Part shown: positions 61,069 to 64,000 of the stretch, piece by piece | Position numbering within the stretch: position 1 is the stretch's first letter | Layout: each line of letters starts with the position of its first letter | Source of the DNA: Ancylonema sp. | Lineage: Eukaryota | NCBI GenBank assembly: GCA_050230475.1 | Contig: JBFLGF010000061.1 | Span: 1-64,000, forward strand | Direction: 5' to 3' | DNA length: 64,000 bases | Notes under the pieces: generated by a model | Database searches by the model: none | What the model was told of the DNA's origin: nothing | What the model saw: the letters and a program-made list of their open reading frames with translations, nothing else | Made by a program: the position numbers and the translations under genes

Positions 61069-62318
61069 CTACTCCTTCGTCCTCCGTTCCAAGTCTCCTA
61101 TGTGCGATAATGGTGGACACGCTTCCAGGTCACATATCAAAATGTTTCTTTCCTCCCACCTAGCTACAACTTGGCCTCCCCACTTTCCCTCCTCTCCCCT
61201 ACTTGTCTTCACAATTATTTTCGATTCGAGCGGGCCCCCTTGAGCTATTTCCTCTTCCCCCCCCCCCACCCCCCTCTCCCTCCCCCTTGGCGATTGTAGT
61301 TCTGACAAATTCAGAGCCACTATACTCTCCGCACCCCCCACTGCCATCAAACGCCCACTCTCCGAGAACACTGGTCCATGCCAGGAGGTGTTGTAGTTGT
61401 TGGCAGAATGCATGGTGGACTCAGGGGATATGAATCTGTCTTCCTTCAGTTCGGGTGGGGCTTTGGGTTCAACCCACGCCATCTGAGTAATCGCCGCCGA
61501 TCCTGGCATGCTGACCTGGAAGCCTATGATTGGCCCCTCCAGCTTCACCAATGCCTGCATGCCACATCACCCAAACCTCAATGAGCATACACTCAGGTAC
61601 AGCTTCAGTTCAGAAACGTCCGAAATGCAGGCCCACGAATTCTAGGCCAGGTTCTACACACCTCAGGGGTTTCTGAGTCCGTTGCTTGGCGTTGACGGCT
61701 CCCGCAGGCCACACCAAGGACCACCAACCCTAAGAGTGCCAGGCACCCAGCCCCCCCCAGGATAAACCCCACACTCAGGCTGTACCTCGCGCAGTTCTGC
61801 TGAGCAACCCAAAACCACAACAGAAAGAGGGTCACCATCTGCTTCCCACCCCACCCACCTTTCTCCTGGTGTCCTCAGGGTTTGATAGGGGTAAGAGTAC
61901 TTACTGTGGGTCCGTAGCTGTTCGACAAGGAATTGTTCGAGTTCAAGCAGTTGGTAGAGGTGGGTGCAGGAGGGGTGACAGGACGCATCCCCCCTCCCAC
62001 CCCGGGAAGGGATGGGGAGGGTGGGGGAGGGTTGGAGTGAATCGGGCCCCCAATAGACACGACTGCATGGACGACAACTACCGTACTTCCAGGCGTCTCA
62101 TGGAGGGGTTGCACAGTCACTGGAGCAGCAGCAGGCTGCCACGTCAGCAGGTCGGGTTCTGCTGGTTCCGAGTCGGATAGAACCCGCCCTCTGAGCTGAC
62201 ATGCCCCCTCCCGACATAGAATATTGCGGGCCTCACAAACGCCCGATATAACGAAAAAAATGTGCCCTAAGACGACAAGACTGGAAGATAAAAACGGGAA
62301 GGAGGAGACAGGAAGCAT
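61069..62318 (-). CDS. Single-pass membrane protein (signal peptide, Pro-rich ectodomain, TM, VSMPG tail), copy 2
   Basis: Exons 62318-61905, ~61796-61662, 61554-61069. Differences between copies in the TM stretch are synonymous (AGC/AGT, ATT/ATC, GTT/GTC, GGG/GGT, GCT/GCC, TGT/TGC). The 3' end is uncertain. Confidence 0.7.
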
Positions 62319-63628
62319 GGGATTGAGTACAGGCTGTATGGCGGGGTATGTAAACTGAGAAATAAAATTTCTCGTTTGGCCACTCCAACATTTCCATCGA
62401 CAATCCAGCCCTCTAAGTTTGAAGGAATTTTGAAGGCTCAAGAATACAGGGGGGCAGGCCATTGGTCGAAACTCTAGGTGTTGCTGCTTTTTCTCGTATG
62501 ATCATCAGTGTCGTTTGTATGTTCAATGGCTGTAATGGTACACTGGCGATACCATTGTCAGTGTATCAGTCATGTGAGGATTCGTACAATACATTTTACT
62601 CCTGACGAATATATTTGATTGTTTAAGCCTTTTGTCATGAACATCTCGAACATTCAGGGCTTGATGAAAATAATATGCTCGTCCGGACGTACATGTCCCA
62701 TAACAATGTGAAACGACAGATCCGCGTCATTCTGAAAACAGAAGCGCATGGTGTTCACATATTGTATTGGACATTAGCAGGGCAGGAATAATAAGAGAGA
62801 GAATCTTGCTCACCTTTTTGGCAAGCTGTGGACCGGCATTTTGGCGTTAAAATCGGTTTGTGAATATTCAATTTGTGTGTGGAACTGAGTGTGAGAAATT
62901 CGGAGGAGTACGACTTTCGTGATCGTTCTACGTGGAAGGCTTCAGATACGCGCGAGTGATTCTCTTGCAAGTCATCAGAGTGTCGACGTCTAGCTCAAAT
63001 ATGCCTCTGGTGGTAGCATGGGTGGGAAGTTAAATTAAGTGACTCCCAGCTACATGCGCCTCACAGAAGATTCAAAATTCAGCAAAGTAGAGCATGTACG
63101 ATGAGTAGTGTACGTCGCGGACGCCACCCAAGTAGAGACAGCTAGCAGCAATGATGCGACGCCTGCACTGAAGGACCACCGCATGTCGTGTCATCTGGCT
63201 CGAGCAGCTTGTGGCATAGGAATCTCAGCAGAGCCGCCGCCGTTATGATACATCGCGCCAGTCTCGCGAGACAGAATCTAAGTGGGTTCCGCACGTGCGC
63301 TCCAGGCCTGAAACAGAGCTGGAACTGAATCGATTCTGATACTGAGCACCAGGTGGCGTGATGCGAGAGCAGAGCGGTGAGTGATTTAGGACCCGATCAG
63401 CAAATCTATGCGACCACGGAGGCCGACAGATGACACGGCACGGCACATGATCAGCACCAACCTGGAAGATTCGGAATCAAAAATCGTTCAAACTTTGACG
63501 TTTAAGCTCAGAGCTCTGTTTATGACCACACCTTTTCAGACCACCTTTTCGGTCGTTACCCGGCGGTTAACAACCAAATATGAAGCTATATTTCGGCAAT
63601 GCCTTATTTTTCACACGTATGAAAAAAC

Positions 63629-64000
63629 GACCCTGTTTATGACCACACCTTATTCGACCCCCCCACGTCATTCTGCATCCGGTCCCCTGTCGTTAGCTGC
63701 CGTGGTGTTATAATATAGAATTAGTACCCAGCATCTGGAGACGCAGGCCACTTGGAGACGCAGACGAGTGATCGTTTTCGGGAAGTATTTCGCGATATTT
63801 CGCGATATTTCGCGAAAAGCACTAAATTCCCACGCGAGAAGAACGCTCGTCGAAGGGAACACGTCCAAAAGGTGGGCTGCCTGTTAAATGGCAGTCCACA
63901 CCTTATGTGGCTAAATAAGGTGTGGACTGCCATTTAAAAGGCAGCCCACCTTTTGATGTTTTCGGTATATACGAAAAAGGTGTGGTCATAAACAGGGCCG
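63629..64000. mobile_element. MITE-like element with 24-bp TIR, PIF/Harbinger (Tourist)-like, with an internal hairpin
   Basis: CGACCCTGTTTATGACCACACCTT versus rc of 63977-64000 matches 23/24. A third TIR-like copy lies at ~63516. The TSD cannot be seen at the window edge. Confidence 0.7.

Larger units (their letters stand above)
57195..62290. repeat. Older diverged tandem duplication: 57195-57500 plus 58320-60125 versus 60280-62290
   Basis: Collinear similarity with many substitutions; ~800 bp extra in the left copy. Confidence 0.9.

Overview
Gene-dense eukaryotic nuclear DNA of plant type with many short GT-AG introns. The gene set and intron style suggest a streptophyte alga, possibly Zygnematophyceae (inference only). 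In order, the window holds MED33 (cut by an N gap), a diverged ~4 kb tandem duplication of the head-to-head Hsp33/COG2 pair, a GT37 fucosyltransferase, plastid TypA/BipA, a BODYGUARD-like hydrolase, an amidase, AP-3 mu, a SARD4-like cyclodeaminase, a MOS11/Tho1-like gene, cytosolic phosphoglucomutase and an intronless ferroportin. It then holds an IRX10-like GT47 gene inside a near-identical nested duplication and two copies of an unannotated single-pass membrane protein with a VxMPG motif. Non-coding features include a hAT-type MITE with a TSD, a Harbinger-like MITE with a 41-bp-arm hairpin, and many intronic microsatellites. The most notable observations are isolated in-frame TAG codons in three otherwise conserved genes, introns whose ends base-pair and that lack a polypyrimidine tract, and the VxMPG protein pair. 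All protein identifications rest on manual splicing and recalled family motifs, not database searches.
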